A stretch of 64,000 nt of DNA from Selaginella moellendorffii (Eukaryota; Plantae; Lycopodiophyta). Of this stretch, positions 48,978 to 63,313 are shown in pieces. Under the pieces are notes generated by a model, which saw only the letters and a list, made by a program, of their open reading frames with translations, was not told the DNA's origin and did no database searches. Location of the stretch: contig NW_003314314.1 of the NCBI RefSeq assembly GCF_000143415.4, positions 1,121,771-1,185,770 on the forward strand, written 5' to 3'. Position 1 is the stretch's first letter. Each line of letters begins with the position of its first letter. A program made the translations under genes and the position numbers.

Positions 48978-51900
48978 TTAAGTTTCTTTCCAGTTGTGAT
49001 GCTCCACCATGCACCGAATCCACGCAACTCCACCATTCGGCAGTTCGTATGGCCATCCTTCGGTCGCAACGACTCCATCGTAGACACCCCTTTCCAAACT
49101 CATGTGTCTTGTTGTTGCAACGTTGAGTGTGACAGTGCTTTCTTTGCCGCTACTCCCACAAGATTCAGCACCATTGTCTGAAGTTGCTGTGTTTACAACC
49201 TGTTGTTGATCCTGAGGACGAGCAACGTTACCACCGCCGTTATCCTCCTCACTGTGCTTCAACTCCTGAATAATCAAGTGCTGCTGTGCAGCATGTTGAC
49301 GTTGATAGGCACTCATGCTCTGCCTGTAGTGCCTCTCAGAAGGAGGCATTTCAGAGTGGAGCTGGTGCTCATTTTTCCTTAAATCCGTAGGATTGATGTT
49401 CCTGTTATTATAAACCTGGATGCTTCCTCGTAATTTTGCTGCCGAGTCGATGGAAGCCCTTGTGTAGTGACGCCATGCGGAAAAGTAATCTATGAGCTTA
49501 TGTTTCTTATACGCTGCCTCAGCAGACCAGAGTCTTTCCCTTCGCTTGTTTCTTTAAAAAAAAAAAGATAACAGGTTTTTTAGGCCAGCAAACAAAATCG
49601 TATCACTTAACAGACCTTTGATTTGCGTAGTCTCCCCAGGCATTCATTATCTCACGTATGGTCTCCCAGAATTGACCAGCTTGGATTAACTCCAGGCACT
49701 CCTTCAAGACTCGAACTCGCTCGTGATTATACCGCAACAGTGCTTTCCACTGGAGCCAAGCTTTCTTCAAGCATCTGCTCTCCGCGACTTTAGCCGCCTC
49801 AAACTCGTACTTTTGATTTGCTTTAATTCTCGACCAGCTGGCTCTTCTCCACAGCACAAATGAATTTCTTTTTACTGTCAGCATCCATTTCCACTTGACA
49901 TGCCTGAATGTTCGAGATTGTGTGACCAGTGCTTGCCAATGTGACCAAATATAGCGCTTCAACTGCACCTTCCATTTGTTCAACAGAGCCATCGCGGTCC
50001 TGCTAAGCTGCGTTTTGCATTTCCAAACCAGAAGTATTCCATGCAAAAGCTCAGTTTTCTGCCTCCGTTCCCTGCACGATAAAAAAACATTGAATCGTAG
50101 AAAGGACTGTGACCACTTACGTCCGACTTGCCATTCCCATCGCCTCACGTTGAATTAGCCTTTGCTGATAATGCTCTTCTCGGCGAACTGCAATCCCTCT
50201 AACAAGGCCATGCCACGCCCATATAATTCGCTTCTCCAAAGACTGCAGGATGATAAAGGTGACTTGTTTTTGCTTACATCTCCAGAATGCTCCTTGTTCT
50301 GAATGATCTATCCATTTCTGAAGATATATAAACTTAAGTTAGTTCACAGAGTGTTTTCTCTTACCTTAAAACATCGGTAAACAAGGCACTGTGACTGATA
50401 GCGTGATTTCTTGGTACATGCTTGCCAGAAAGGAAAATAACTCTTTTTGACCATCACTCGATGATAGTATGAGATATGGGATTCCACACTTCTTAAGTCC
50501 TTCCTGAATGGAATTCAATAGTTTAGCGTAGCCAAACTATGCATGTGTTTACCTGCCACGAAACCCCAGCTTCCAGGTGCTCAATGTTCGCTGTGAAGAC
50601 CTCCGTTTAAATGCCCAATTGCGCTCTCGAAGTTTTTTCATAATAGCACTGTGTGAATACCATCCCTGCATATCAGCTTGTGGACATGATTCACTGTGAA
50701 ACTTATTGTCCTTTTTACCTTCAAAATAATGCTCGAAAGACGTTGACGATGCCAGCATGCCGCTGTTGCAGCTTTTTTGCTTTCCTTATGCGTCTCAAAT
50801 GCTTTTAGCACCTGTCAGTGACGTGTTCGTTTGAGAAACAACGCATGGAGTCGCTCACTTGTCTTTTGATATGCCAATGCTCCTCTGTAAGTTGGTGGAA
50901 CGATCTCAGAGTCCGTAACAACAAACGTTGCTCATGTAGGTGCTTCAACTGTGTCATGGTTACTTTTTCTTCGGACGACATGTAGGCTTCCATTGACCAT
51001 GCGTTGAAAACTAGCCTCTTACAAGTCTTGCGCAACTTGTCTCTAGCGTTGGCATAAAGATTTCGTTTTTGCTGCTGCCCTGTCTTCCACTCCAAAAGCT
51101 TTCTAGCCACAGTTCTCAAAATGAACCGTCTTCGAAAGTCACAAGCTTTTTCCATTTGTCTCTTGCATAACAGATGCTTATGTGCTACACACTCCCAATG
51201 TCTCAGTGTCAAGCGGGCCGCGTAATTCTTCCTTTTGCTTGCAACTGCTAGCTGGACAAGTTGTAGCTTCTTTGAGCATTTAGTTGCATCAAACCTAAAC
51301 ATCATGATTTGTTACACCCAGGTATAGCACTTCCCACCCACTTTACCATTTAACGTATTGTTTCCGCTTTCTCCGTTGCATGAAATAAGTGAGAACCTTC
51401 TTTAGGAAAACGCTGTGGCTCACTAGCCGGCGCCATCTCGCAAATGTATGGAGGAGCTAAAACAGATATTAGAACCATTGGCAAGTTCCTGCCCCAATTC
51501 CAACCTGCTCATATCGAAGCTTTGAAGTAGCCATGGCTTGTTTTGCCCGGACATGTTTCGCCTTGAAGTTTAAAATGTTAATAATATCTACTGCCTTGGA
51601 AACTTACCATTCGGGTGATATCCTGCCATGCAAGAAACGCGTTCCTTGCAAACTTGTAAAACGCACGCCCTTTTATCTGGAATCAGCAAACATATGGTTT
51701 TTTGTTTTTTTTAAAGAAAAATTTCAAGGGAAATACCATTTCTTCCGCCAATCTTTTCCTTTTCATTCTTGTAACAAACGATTTCCAGGTACCATGAAAA
51801 TGCTTCAAAAGGGAACGCCTACGAATTTCAGATGCCACTCTTAAACACTAGTGAAGTTAAGATCAGACAAATGATCTAGGAAAGCGGTTTAAGACCACCC

Positions 51901-54900
51901 ACCTTTTTCTTGTGAGTGTTAGACACCCAGATATGAAAAGTTTTAAAAAGCTGTGTCCTGTTTTGACGTTGCTGGAGGAATGCAACTGAGAAAGGCGCAC
52001 GACACATGTCAAATATTTGCTAATGTTTTTTGTCGCCTACCATTTTTCTCTTGAACATTCCTTTCCTTTGTAAACAAAAGCCAAAACTGAATTGCTGTTT
52101 GAAGGCACGAATATTCAATGCGGATTTTTAAACCTGTTAACTGTTGAAGCTTAACTCTGTTGTCCTTCAGCTAAAACGAAGTCAAAGTAGCAGTAAGTAT
52201 CAAGAAACGGCCAGCTTCTTACCACATGTAGCCATCCAAAGAATGCCTTCTGAAAATTCAAAAGTCTATAGTAAGAATGTGCCTTTTCATTTGCCAAAGC
52301 CAGATCCTAAGCAATATAGAGGGTCTGTTAATAATGCTAGGAAATTTAAGGAATATCACCTTGACACCAGCTACAAATGTTTGCCATCCAATCCACACTA
52401 AGTTGTACAGCTTACTTTCAAAGTGGAGCATTCCCTGGACACTTATTTCTTCAAAGTGTTTTTTCTCTCTGCAAAGATGTGTCATATGATGCAACGCCTT
52501 GACTGTCAGTGAAACAAACTAGATCTGAATGGCAGCAAAGTGATATGACATTCTTACCTTGCAACCGTAGCTTTTTAGCAAGCTTGCAAAAATTGTGTTT
52601 TCTTGCAAAGTAAGCAGCGGTTCGAAAGTTAAGAAAACTCTTTAGTAACAGTTTTCTTGAAAGGTGATTCAATGCAAGTAGGTTATTTTCTCTTTGCCAG
52701 GCTTTCATTTTATACCAGTGCCTCCATATTTCAAAAATCGCAAATGTTGAGTGGCATGTCCAGCAGCGTAGAAGAACCCCACCAGTGTTCCAATTGTCGG
52801 GGCGCTTTTGCAATCCTTCCTGAACCTGCAACGGCCTAAACTTTGTGCATGGGAAACATAAAATTATACCCGAGCAACAAGCAGCTTTTCAGAATGTCTT
52901 GCACATGTGGACTTCCTCCACTTTCTTAAAAATGTCTGAACCATGTTCTGCATGTGTCCTGCTTCGAGGAATCTATACTTGGACCTTTTCTGGCTGTGCA
53001 CCACGAGCGCATAAAAAAAATCGCGAGTAGAAACAATAGTGTCATTTCTACAGGATAAATAATTAATGAATTATTTATAGACGTACACCCTGACAATACC
53101 TCGGTGGCTCTATGTTCTTACAATACTTTATCCAGTAAGTAAATGTATCCCTAAGGACCTTCAGCTGCCAGTAATCGTAAGCTGCACGTAATTTCTCCCT
53201 TTTGTCCTGTGATAACTAACAAGAGGGAGGGATTGAATTACATTGCAAAACATCGTCACGTACCACAGTGTGCTCCGATAAAACCCNNNNNNNNNNNNNN
53301 NNNNNNNNNNNNNNNNNNNNNNNNNNNNNNNNNNNNNNNNNNNNNNNNNNNNNNNNNNNNNNNNNNNNNNNNNNNNNNNNNNNNNNNNNNNNNNNNNNNN
53401 NNNNNNNNNNNNNNNNGCCAGTTTTGCCAGACCAAAACCTTCCTCTTCTCCATATGAAATCGATTCATAATGATAGAATTCTGTATAAGAACAGGACATT
53501 AAAATCCATACGACTTTAAAATACATGCCTGCTTCCTGGCTAAAGATTTAGAAGTCCAGTCCTTCCACCGATGTAAAGCCCTTTTGCAATGCCAGAAGAA
53601 GAAATGTCTAATGCTGAAAAATGTTTCAAGTGAGTTCAATGTTACAGCTAGTACACGTGGGAAACCTGGAGACAGCAAGCACTTTCTTTAAATTTTGATG
53701 TGAATGCCATTCTCTCCACGCATAAAATGATCGTTTTTTATGGGTTAACAAGTGCAGCATGCGGCATTTTCTCAACGACTGTTGCCCCTGGCACCATATC
53801 GACCAAAATCGAAGCGCTTTCAGTTGGGACGACATTTTTCTCCAATCATATGCCTTTGTCTTTGCATGATGCAGCTGAATGCTGTAGCACACCCACCTCT
53901 GCACATATAGAATGAGCATTTCCTCTTTAAAGCGATGGACTACAAACCTTCCAAGTGTGTAAAATGAAGTGTTGGCGCCGGTTTTTCCACTTTTGCCAGC
54001 AAAGAACAACCGTCGCATTGTGAGTCGCTTTCGCTCGTGCATAAATGTGCCATCCTGAAATGTTCAGCAACATCAATTGTTTTCTAATTTGATGGTTGGG
54101 TACCAGCCAATGTCAGGCGCTTGCGCATTGCTTGAAGTTTTAAGGTAAAACTACCCAAGTTTATGTTTACGAAAAGCCTGTCAATATAAACCCTGACTAC
54201 CTCAGAAAGCCACAACCTCTATAGCTCTCGCGTACCTCTGACGCCAGGCACTCAGATATCTCTTGCTCAAAGATAAAGCTCTATGAAAGTTCTGAATCCA
54301 AAATAATGATGCAAATTTAATTGCTAAAAAGAAGAGCTTCCTACCAGGTTAACAGCTGGCCCATGGATTTCCAAAAGTTTTCTAACTTTGTGTCTCCAGG
54401 ATTTAAATGCCTGATGTTTTACAGCGTCCACTCCTAGCTCCTACCATCAAAACAAGCTTAAATCCATTCGGTATTTCTATGCACACTCACATTTATCATA
54501 TTAATGAAACTTTTCCAGTTTAAAAAATATGTATGAATAAGCCGTCTCTTGCTGAATTCTTTGCTAAGCTCCACAAGCTCAAAAGTCCAATCAACATTCT
54601 TCCTCCATTTTTCCATGAAGTGCACCAAAAAATGCCTGAACGTCGAATTTAAGAAAATTCAACAATGTCCCACACTTACCTCCTGTGCCAAAACGTAGCG
54701 TATTCTAGAGTTCCAGATAGATGACGCTGCCAATGTTGGAATGAGTTCAATAATGAACGCTTCTCGTGGAAGCACACAGCACGCTCCCACAGCCGTATAT
54801 TTTTATTATAATTTGCCTTGGATCTTTTCAGTTGAAAAACTAATCTGCTATAATCGCAAAAATAAATTAAGGATAGAACAGAATGAAATGGATTTGAATA

Positions 54901-56113
54901 AGAACCTCTGCCAAAGGCTAAATGCTCTCTCGAATGCAGAATTGTTCTGATTGGCTGCAAAACCATTTTGTTTAGATTTTTTTTCAAGGACTGGAAGATT
55001 ACTTTCAGGAACTCCATTCTGAAATAAAGAAGTATATTAGGGCCTGTGTTACAGCATTTTAGCATACATCACTAAGGTTACTCATGTGTTTCTTAAAGTC
55101 GCGTCCATTGCTTGCATTCTGAGGCATTGTCACGCCAATGTTTAGCGAGTCACGGCATTGCATAGGTTCTCCTTGCAGTGTGTAGAGTGTGTTACACAAT
55201 CGAAGGTGTCTATAACCACGATGGAACTGTTGTTTATGGTGGCAACGCCATTGAAGCCAATAAAATAGAAGCACCTTATGACTGTGAAAGCCATTCACTT
55301 TTAAAAGCAGATCGTTTCTCTGCAGAATATACACTAATTAAAAATATCACACACATATAGTTACCAATATCTCTTTGTTAAGCTTGTTCCACCAATCATG
55401 TTCGGGCCTTAGACTAAGTTTTAAAAGCATTCTATAGTAGAAAGTGTCCTCGGTAGGATCCTGGAGAAGAAGAAGAATTACGTAGAATCTGTACACATCT
55501 GTACACTCTGTACACCTACCAATCCATGTCTTTGTAAGACTGTATCATATGCACGCAAGACATCTGTAAGGCGGACCTGTGAAAAAGACCATCCTTGTCA
55601 GCAGAAGTATGAGGAACGAACTGCTACCTCTGATGATTCCATACGTGCCAAGACATCAGCAAGTCCAAAAATTTCACGTATGAGAGAAAAATCTGCATTT
55701 TAGTTGTAAGGAGTTACCATCAGCCACAGTTCTCCCAAACCTTTTAGCGCAAATCGACGCTTGCTCCTCGGAAGAGCTTTATATGTGAAGTACTTAGCAT
55801 CGTTGAGAGCGCATATGTCCTTGTCTGTGAGTTCCATGTCGTATGCCGGCCTTCCTTTCCGGAAATTGAAGTGAAGACCATATCCCGACTGCAACCCTTT
55901 TGTTTGGAGCTGGTTTGCTGTTGAGGTTTGAGCAGTGTCCTTACGCTTTCTTGAATCTCGCACGTGTTCATGTTTCGCGTTTGAAAACCTCTTTCTTAGA
56001 TCTTCAGAAACCTAAAATAAAAAGTTATACTTGTTCGAGAAACACCGCCAAATGCGTACTGGGACTGCAGTGTTAGTGTCTTCAGCATGCTGAAAACTGG
56101 CAGGTTTCAGCAT
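48978..56113 (-). CDS. Sfi1-like centrin-binding protein (many exons; assembly gap inside)
   Basis: Many LLxxxFxxW[R/K] repeats across exons. N-terminal block VLRAYDTVLQRHGL|DPTEDTFYYRMLLKLSL resembles Sfi1 N-termini. Start codon is tentative. Confidence 0.75.
53287..53416. other. Assembly gap (N run)
   Basis: Run of n characters. Confidence 1.
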
Positions 56114-57475
56114 TGACTATAATCTGCCTTGTAAAGTGGTCCTAGACAGGAAAACTCCTGTTTGGCTTTTCCCCATACTCCCAGCTCCCAGGATTGTTAA
56201 GTACTCTATGGCGGAGAGCGAGCTGTTTCTTTCCTGCACATTGTTAGCGAAAACTGCATATCCCAATGAACCCTAAGCGCAATAAGTGCAAGTTATACCA
56301 TCAAAATTATTTTTCTTTTGGATGGTTTGGATGTAAACACGCGTAAATTCTGTTAGGACGGTTTGTGTGTGCGTCTCAAAAAGAAGGCAGAGGGAGAGAA
56401 CCTATGTTTGCCTGCTATCCATGTAAATCTTTACCATGTTGCCTCTCAGCTCAACTAACTCGTCCTCTCTTCCTCTACAAAGTACAAACAGCACCTAGAA
56501 AATAGATGCAAGCCCGTATGTTTTCAAGTCAGCTTTGAGTATCGATCCTCACTTAAACTCTGTCTTCCTCTCTTTCATAATAGGCTAACCTTCTGTCCCG
56601 GTGAAACAAAGAGCCGTGCTAATGGAACTGGGATTTCATGTGTGATCCTCGGAGGATTCTACACAGTAGTCGATGTTGACATGCTTGCTGATTAGTTCTG
56701 CAAATGCACACATGTTTATTCTTTTCTTTCTTTTATTTTTTTCGTTATTTCAGAGAACCAGGATGATGGGTTTTCACGGAAGTCAGGCTCATCAATGTGA
56801 TCGAACTTTATATAGGAAACTGCAAAGGAGGTTTTTCGCTGTGCTAGAAGCCGTAGAGTTCAGAGATACTTCTGCCGCTATCCAATGCCTAAGGACACAC
56901 CATGCATACGTGGCAAAAGGGAAGAGAGAAGGACATGAAAGGTAGATTGAGCTCATCTTGCTCACACTCCCTTGTCTCTCACTTTTCCTGCACAGGGAAA
57001 ACTATATTCCTTTGTTTTTCTCTCTCACCTCTGGGGAGGAGTAAATGCAAGTGAGGAGCCATAAGTTGATGGGTCAGCCATACCTGCAGGGATGACATAA
57101 AAGCTTTTTCTTTGAGGGCTGTGTTCTTATTAACACTTTCCATTGTGACAAGCTTCTCTGCACGTAATTGCATGGATACTACAGCTCTTCAGCTTGCAAT
57201 GAATAATGTTGAATAAGCCAATCTTGCCAACTGTGTGCTTTCTCAGCTGGTAAATCCTTTGGAGGCTACCTTTTACGTTTCTTACATTGGTTTTTTCTTC
57301 AGTTACAAAAAACAAAAAGTGTGGAACAGCCAGATTCATGGATCACCATGTCAACCCAATAAAAAGAGAGATCAGAGATATATAATCCAGTTTCTTTGGC
57401 AAAAATAAGTGACTGTGATTTTCCTGTAAATAATATTTTAAAACTTTGAAAAATAATGATAATATAGTTTTCAGT

Positions 57476-60400
57476 TATGAGTGCATGGAATATGGAAAGA
57501 GAATATAAAAAATATGCATATCAATTAGTTCAAAACCTTAGTTTATAGGAGTGAGTGGTCCAGATTGAAACCAATCCAACAACTACTAAAATCCCACTAC
57601 ACTAATATTAGTATATGGCATAGGACCTCACATCATCTCGAAATGATGGAAGACTGTCAAGGTTCTCTCATGGATGGGCCAGGATTTGGAGGAACATCAG
57701 AAGAAGGCATTTGTGGATCTATAGGTGGTGCCAGTTGTTCTTGATCCCTTTATATGAAGCATTTTAGCCCATTAAATATGCACAATTTCTGGAGGGTCAG
57801 CCTACTAGATGTCATGCCAAACCTCATAAACTTGCAGTTCAACTTGTTGCAACATATGATATGGTCCTTTCCATTAAGCAAGGAGCCTCTTAGATAAAAC
57901 ATATACTATAAGATGGGGAAAACAAACTAACACTAAATCGTCCACTTTGTACTCCGTAGGTGGACAATGATGGGAATTGTAGTGCCATTGTTATCTCACT
58001 TGTACGCGGCCTAAGTGTTCAGCAAACTCTGCTTAAACAAGTGGAAGAATGCTAGTCAAATACTAATCCCATGACCTAGCAGTGGTAAACCCAATCTTGT
58101 TAGCAATATTGGATCATGACCAAATAAGAGTTTATATGGTGAAGCACCAATAGAACTTTGCACCCCTGTGACATATGCATACCGAAGAGATGGCAAATAA
58201 CCATCCCAATCTGAATGCTGAAAGTTCATGTATTTCGCAATCATCCATTTGAAAGTCCGAATGAGTCGTTCCACCAAATTGTTTGACTATGGATGATAAA
58301 CACTTGTGAAAGTGTGGCATATCCCCAACTGAGACATCAAAACATAAAATGCCTCAGCCATAAATGCCTATTATCCGAAAGAATCCGCTCCGGATAGGAA
58401 TGCTACTCAATTAAGGAGGAAGTATCTAACAATAGTTGTAGATGCACTAGCAAGAGCATTGACTTCCACCCAATGAGTCGAGTAATCAGAAGCAATAATA
58501 ACATACTCATTGCTAGCAATTGATCGTAGAAAAGGTCCCATTAAATCAAACACCACCAACTTAAATGGACAGAAAATTACAGTTGACTCTAATTGTCCTT
58601 TCGCAACACAAAAGGGAGTATTACAAGTTTGGCACCAAATGCAACTACGCACATACCAAATAACATCACGTCGTATCTCTGGCTAATAAAAAGATTTGTG
58701 CAACTTCTTAGTCACATAACAATGTCCTATATACCCATCTAAAATAAGAGAATTATGGTAGACATGGAGAAAGTGTGGAATGAAGATAAAAAGCACCACC
58801 AGTTGTATAATTATCAGGATCTGTCCCCACAAAATAAAGAACACTGTCCTTAAAGTGATATTAAAAATGTAAATGTTAAAATGGCAAGTCATCAATAAAT
58901 ATACAGGATTCTCAAACCCATCGCAAAACCTTTGAATCCATAACTCAATTTTTTGAGCCTCGTGAACATTGTCAAGAGAAGGTAAATTTTGGTTTGCACC
59001 TTGTGGACATTAAACATCAAGTATAACAATCACCAACGGCACGGAATCCTCATTCAGAAAATCTGTAAATGTGAAATAATAGACTCGTAAAAAACATGAG
59101 AAGAGAGCAAAAAAGGAAGAAGAGCTAAAAAAAGGGCATCAACATCACCCATAGAATTCCCTTGTGATGAAAAACATTAAAATCATATATTTGAAGCTTT
59201 AAAGCCCACCAAACAATATGGCCAACTAAGTTCTTCTGTTTTAATAATAAAGTAACTACAACATAATCACTTTCTAATAACATCTGAGAACCATATAGAT
59301 ATGCATGAAGTTTCTCAAAACCCCAAACTACTACTAAACACTCCTTCTCTATTATGGAGTAGTTCACCTTCGTTGGTTGTGATATATGGTTGATATACAC
59401 AATAGGATGGCATTGACTAGGCACACTCAAGCTTTCTTGCATCAACACACCTCCAAGACCAATATTAGAATGCAAAATGAAGGGTCGAGTGTAGTTAGAA
59501 TACGCCAAAACCAAAGGAGTTGTCAATAGCTCTTTGAGATGCACAAATCCCCACTCACAGTCTATAAACCAAATGAAAGATGACATTGATGACTTTAGCA
59601 ACACTCACAATGGTGCAGTGTAATCAGAAAGATGATCAACAAAATGACCGAGATACTGCACCTTGCTCAGGAAGTGTTGCATATCATTCACACACTTTGG
59701 AGTAAGGATCTTTAGAATAACCACAAGTTTGTCAGGATCAACTTGCAAACCCTCACAAAAAATATGGTATCTAAGTTAAGTCATATCCTTGGAGCACTTT
59801 AATCGCTTCAGCTTTAAACAAACTTGTCATAGCCGATTCAACACATTATGAACATCATGAACATGTTCCTCCCACGTCCCCTTCAAGTGGATCAAGATAT
59901 CATTGATGAACTCAATAGTCACTTTTGGCATATTGCAAAGAATCTTGTCTATCATCCGTTAGAAAGTTGATGGAGCATTGTTCAAACCAAACAGCGAAGA
60001 ACTCATATAAACCAAATAGTGTACAAAAGCAATCTTAGAAATTTCTTCTTTAGCCATTGGTACTTGTCAATATCCAAAAGCAAGATCTAACTTGGTGAAC
60101 CAATGACTTCTCCCAAGAAGATCCAATATATCAGTAGTATAAGGAAGAGGGTTCACATCTAGGATTGTCACTTCGTTTAATAGATGATAGTCGATGCAAA
60201 AATGAATACTCCTATTAAGCTTCATCACAAGATGACGTTCACAAGCCTAAGGACTCCACGACTTATGAATAACACCCTTTTTTAACATTTTCTTGACATT
60301 TTGAGGTAAAATCTTGATCTTTTTGGGTGACTAATGATAAACTGGAACCTTAATTGGACAAGCATCCCCAGTTAGAATAAGATGACATATAGCAATCTTG

Positions 60401-62456
60401 GCCCCAGATGACAAGTCAAATTTAAAGAGATCAGTATACTCCTTCATGAGCCAATCAACCACTGCCATACAAAAACTGTTGGAAGGATCAGAAAAGGGAA
60501 GAGAGGAACAAGATAGAAACATTGGAGGAAGTAATTGGGAGACAAGTGATAGAAGCAAAGGTAGAAGCAAAGGGATGAAGAGGTACAAAAGTGAGAGGAA
60601 TAAAAGAAATATAAAGAAGTATGAGACAAGGAGGAGAAGCTTCAAAGTCACATTTGGCATGATTGCGCTACAACTAATCTATACCAAGGATGAGGTCAAA
60701 AACTTAACTCGGCACCACCCGCAATGACTGCAACCCAAGCTCAAGATTGGCCACACACACAACCAAGTCCGCCTCATCCTGTGCACATGCATGTGTACAG
60801 GCGTTGCCATAAAGAATGAAAATTGGCTTTGCCGCATGACATAAGTATAGACAACAACGTGTAGCAACCAATCTATACTAAAGATGAGGTCAAAAACTTG
60901 ACTTGGCACCACCCACAATGATTGCAACTCAAGCTCAAGATTACCCACATGTACAACTAGGTCCACCTTATCCCATGCACATGTGTGTGTACAGTCGTTG
61001 CCATAAAGAATGAAAACTAACTCTACCGTATGATGCAAATGTAGATGGCAATGTGTGGCAAAATAAACTTAGAAAGTAAACATTGGATGGACTAGTGCCA
61101 AGTGAACCCTTTAATGATACTCCCAAAAGAAAGATAAAAAGGTCATTGACTTATTTCTGCAAGGTCCCTCCACTACTCGCATGACTTCTCATTTCCAGAA
61201 TGCATTTCAATGTCTAGACTATCTACTGTAGCAACACCAACAGGACATTATTGATGCCAAAGTCTTCACCTTGGAAATAGAGGTTGCCAATCTAGAAAAT
61301 GCCAACAGCACCAATAAGTATAGCCAACTTCATCACACGCTTAACAGCTTCTTCACAAACTCTTATGATAAAGGGTAGACGAGGCTGAGCCTTTTCCAAC
61401 AAGCCCACCTACAGTCATGACCACGGCCTCACCCTTGTCCTTAAACTTGAGCAACAACAACATCAACCTCTATTGGAACATGACCATCTCTCACGGGAAA
61501 TGGAGTTGAAGAATGTGCAGCGAGAAGTGGAAGAGGCGACATTTCATGATGTTGTGCCAAGCAAAGGGCATCATCAAGGGTAGCTGGAGCAAGTGCATCC
61601 ACAAGTTCTACTGAATCTTGATGAAATACTGGCCACAACATTCCCAATTTGATTCGCTCTGATATATTTGGCTTTGCATGAAACAAAAGGCTTTGGAAAC
61701 AAATGCAAAATTGCATCACTGACTCAAATATGCCTTGACAAAAATGATGCAATTGTTGGAAGGTATCATCACAATTATTAGCATGTCCAAATGCATGTTT
61801 GAAGATGTTTGGGAGAATACTTTAATCCTCATGAGTAGCTGCATTTAAACCATTGTACCACTGTAGTGTTATCCTTTAGAGCCACATGAGAAACTCACGA
61901 AAACATCGAGCATCATCCCAAGAATGATATATAGCAATCACTGTGAAGTGATCGAACCAATGATAAAAATCATCCCCAAGATTTTCATGGAAGAACTTGG
62001 CCAGATGCGAGGATTGGTAGCAAGAGTAGGAGGAGCTGTATCATGTGTTGTGAATGCTACCATCAATTGAGTTTGATTGTTCAACTGCAACAGCATAGCA
62101 TTCTAGAGTCAAAGGAAGAGGAGATTGCTATTCTGCCATGGAGATGAATGAAAAGGAAAGAGCACAAGAAAAGAAATGGAAAAAGCTAGAAGGATAGGGA
62201 GATCTAGACAATACAAAAGCTAAATCTAAACCAAAATCCCAAATCCAAGCACTCCTCAGAGACAATGAAATGTGCCCCTCACCTCCACCAATGTGAGTGC
62301 ATGGAATATAGAAAGAGAATATAGAAAATGTGCATATCACTTAGCCCAAAAACCCTAGCTTATATATAGAAGAAAGTGGTCTAGATTGAAACCAATCCAA
62401 TGGTTACCAAAATCCCACTATGCTACGGAATTGTAACTATACACTTGGACCTCACA
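57476..62456 (-). mobile_element. Full-length degenerate non-chromovirus Gypsy element with short LTRs
   Basis: LTRs at 57476-57632 and 62292-62456. PBS TGGTGGAGGTGAGGGG (tRNA-Ala-like). TSD cagt/caat. Decayed gag, RT, RH (YSIIEKECL) and IN (FDLMGP..DYSTHWVE) on the minus strand. Confidence 0.85.
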
Positions 62457-63209
62457 CAATCATTATTCAGTCATAAATTTTTTTAATTTATTTCATCATG
62501 TATTGCTGCAAAATAAACATGTTAGATCCGGAGCTCAGAAAAAAAGGAGCCTTAAAACTCTTTATTTGCTACCTCTTTGCTTTTCTGTCTTCCAAAGGTT
62601 ATTTCTAGTCATGATCCAGATTTCCTAGGGAGTGCTGGATATGTGTTTACAGATCTACAAAGCTTTATGAGAGTTGAACTCTATATGTGAAACTAATTTC
62701 TTTGAATACTTATTCTATGTGTTCCAGTGGAGCTGGATTCCTTGTTAAAAGAAAATAGAACTAGCATTGCAAAAATTTGGAAAGCCAAATTCATGTAGAA
62801 TTTTCAAAAACATAAAACAGACATTGATAGGTGGGGGCAGCCGTGTGGCCATCTGCTAACGACATGATTGAGGCCACGTAGGATGGGAAACCTGCTTTTG
62901 ATAGGGAGATGCGGCCTCAATATGGCGAGGGGTAGGCCAACCTTTCACCTTCTACGAGGAGAAATTTTGGCATGCACACGAAGATTCATGCAGCAACATC
63001 CAGCATATGTCTATGGTCTTTCGCTGTTAGCTCTCCCATCTAGAACTCACACGCAGTTACTACGGGGCCAGCGAGGAGCTGTAAGGGAAACGTTTCCAAA
63101 GTTAAACACCATAGAAATAAAATGCTCAGATAATGAATTTTGCGGGATGGAAGCTGGCATCCGGAAGAAACTTGCTGAGTGCTCCCCAAAGAACCATCTA
63201 GTCCAGTGA

Positions 63210-63212
<3 letters not shown>

Positions 63213-63246
<34 letters not shown>
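63213..63246. repeat. (GA)n microsatellite
   Basis: Perfect GA dinucleotide run. Confidence 0.95.
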
Positions 63247-63247
<1 letters not shown>

Positions 63248-63313
63248 TTCACTCCCGCAGTTCACCTGTGGGAATTTTTCCAGAATTAGCTTCAGTCATT
63301 CTCAGCAAGGCAA

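Noticed and set aside
56400-57340. Exon-like minus-strand segments between the Sfi1-like gene and the Gypsy element
   Set aside because: Splice-like signals are present, but I could not build a consistent reading frame.
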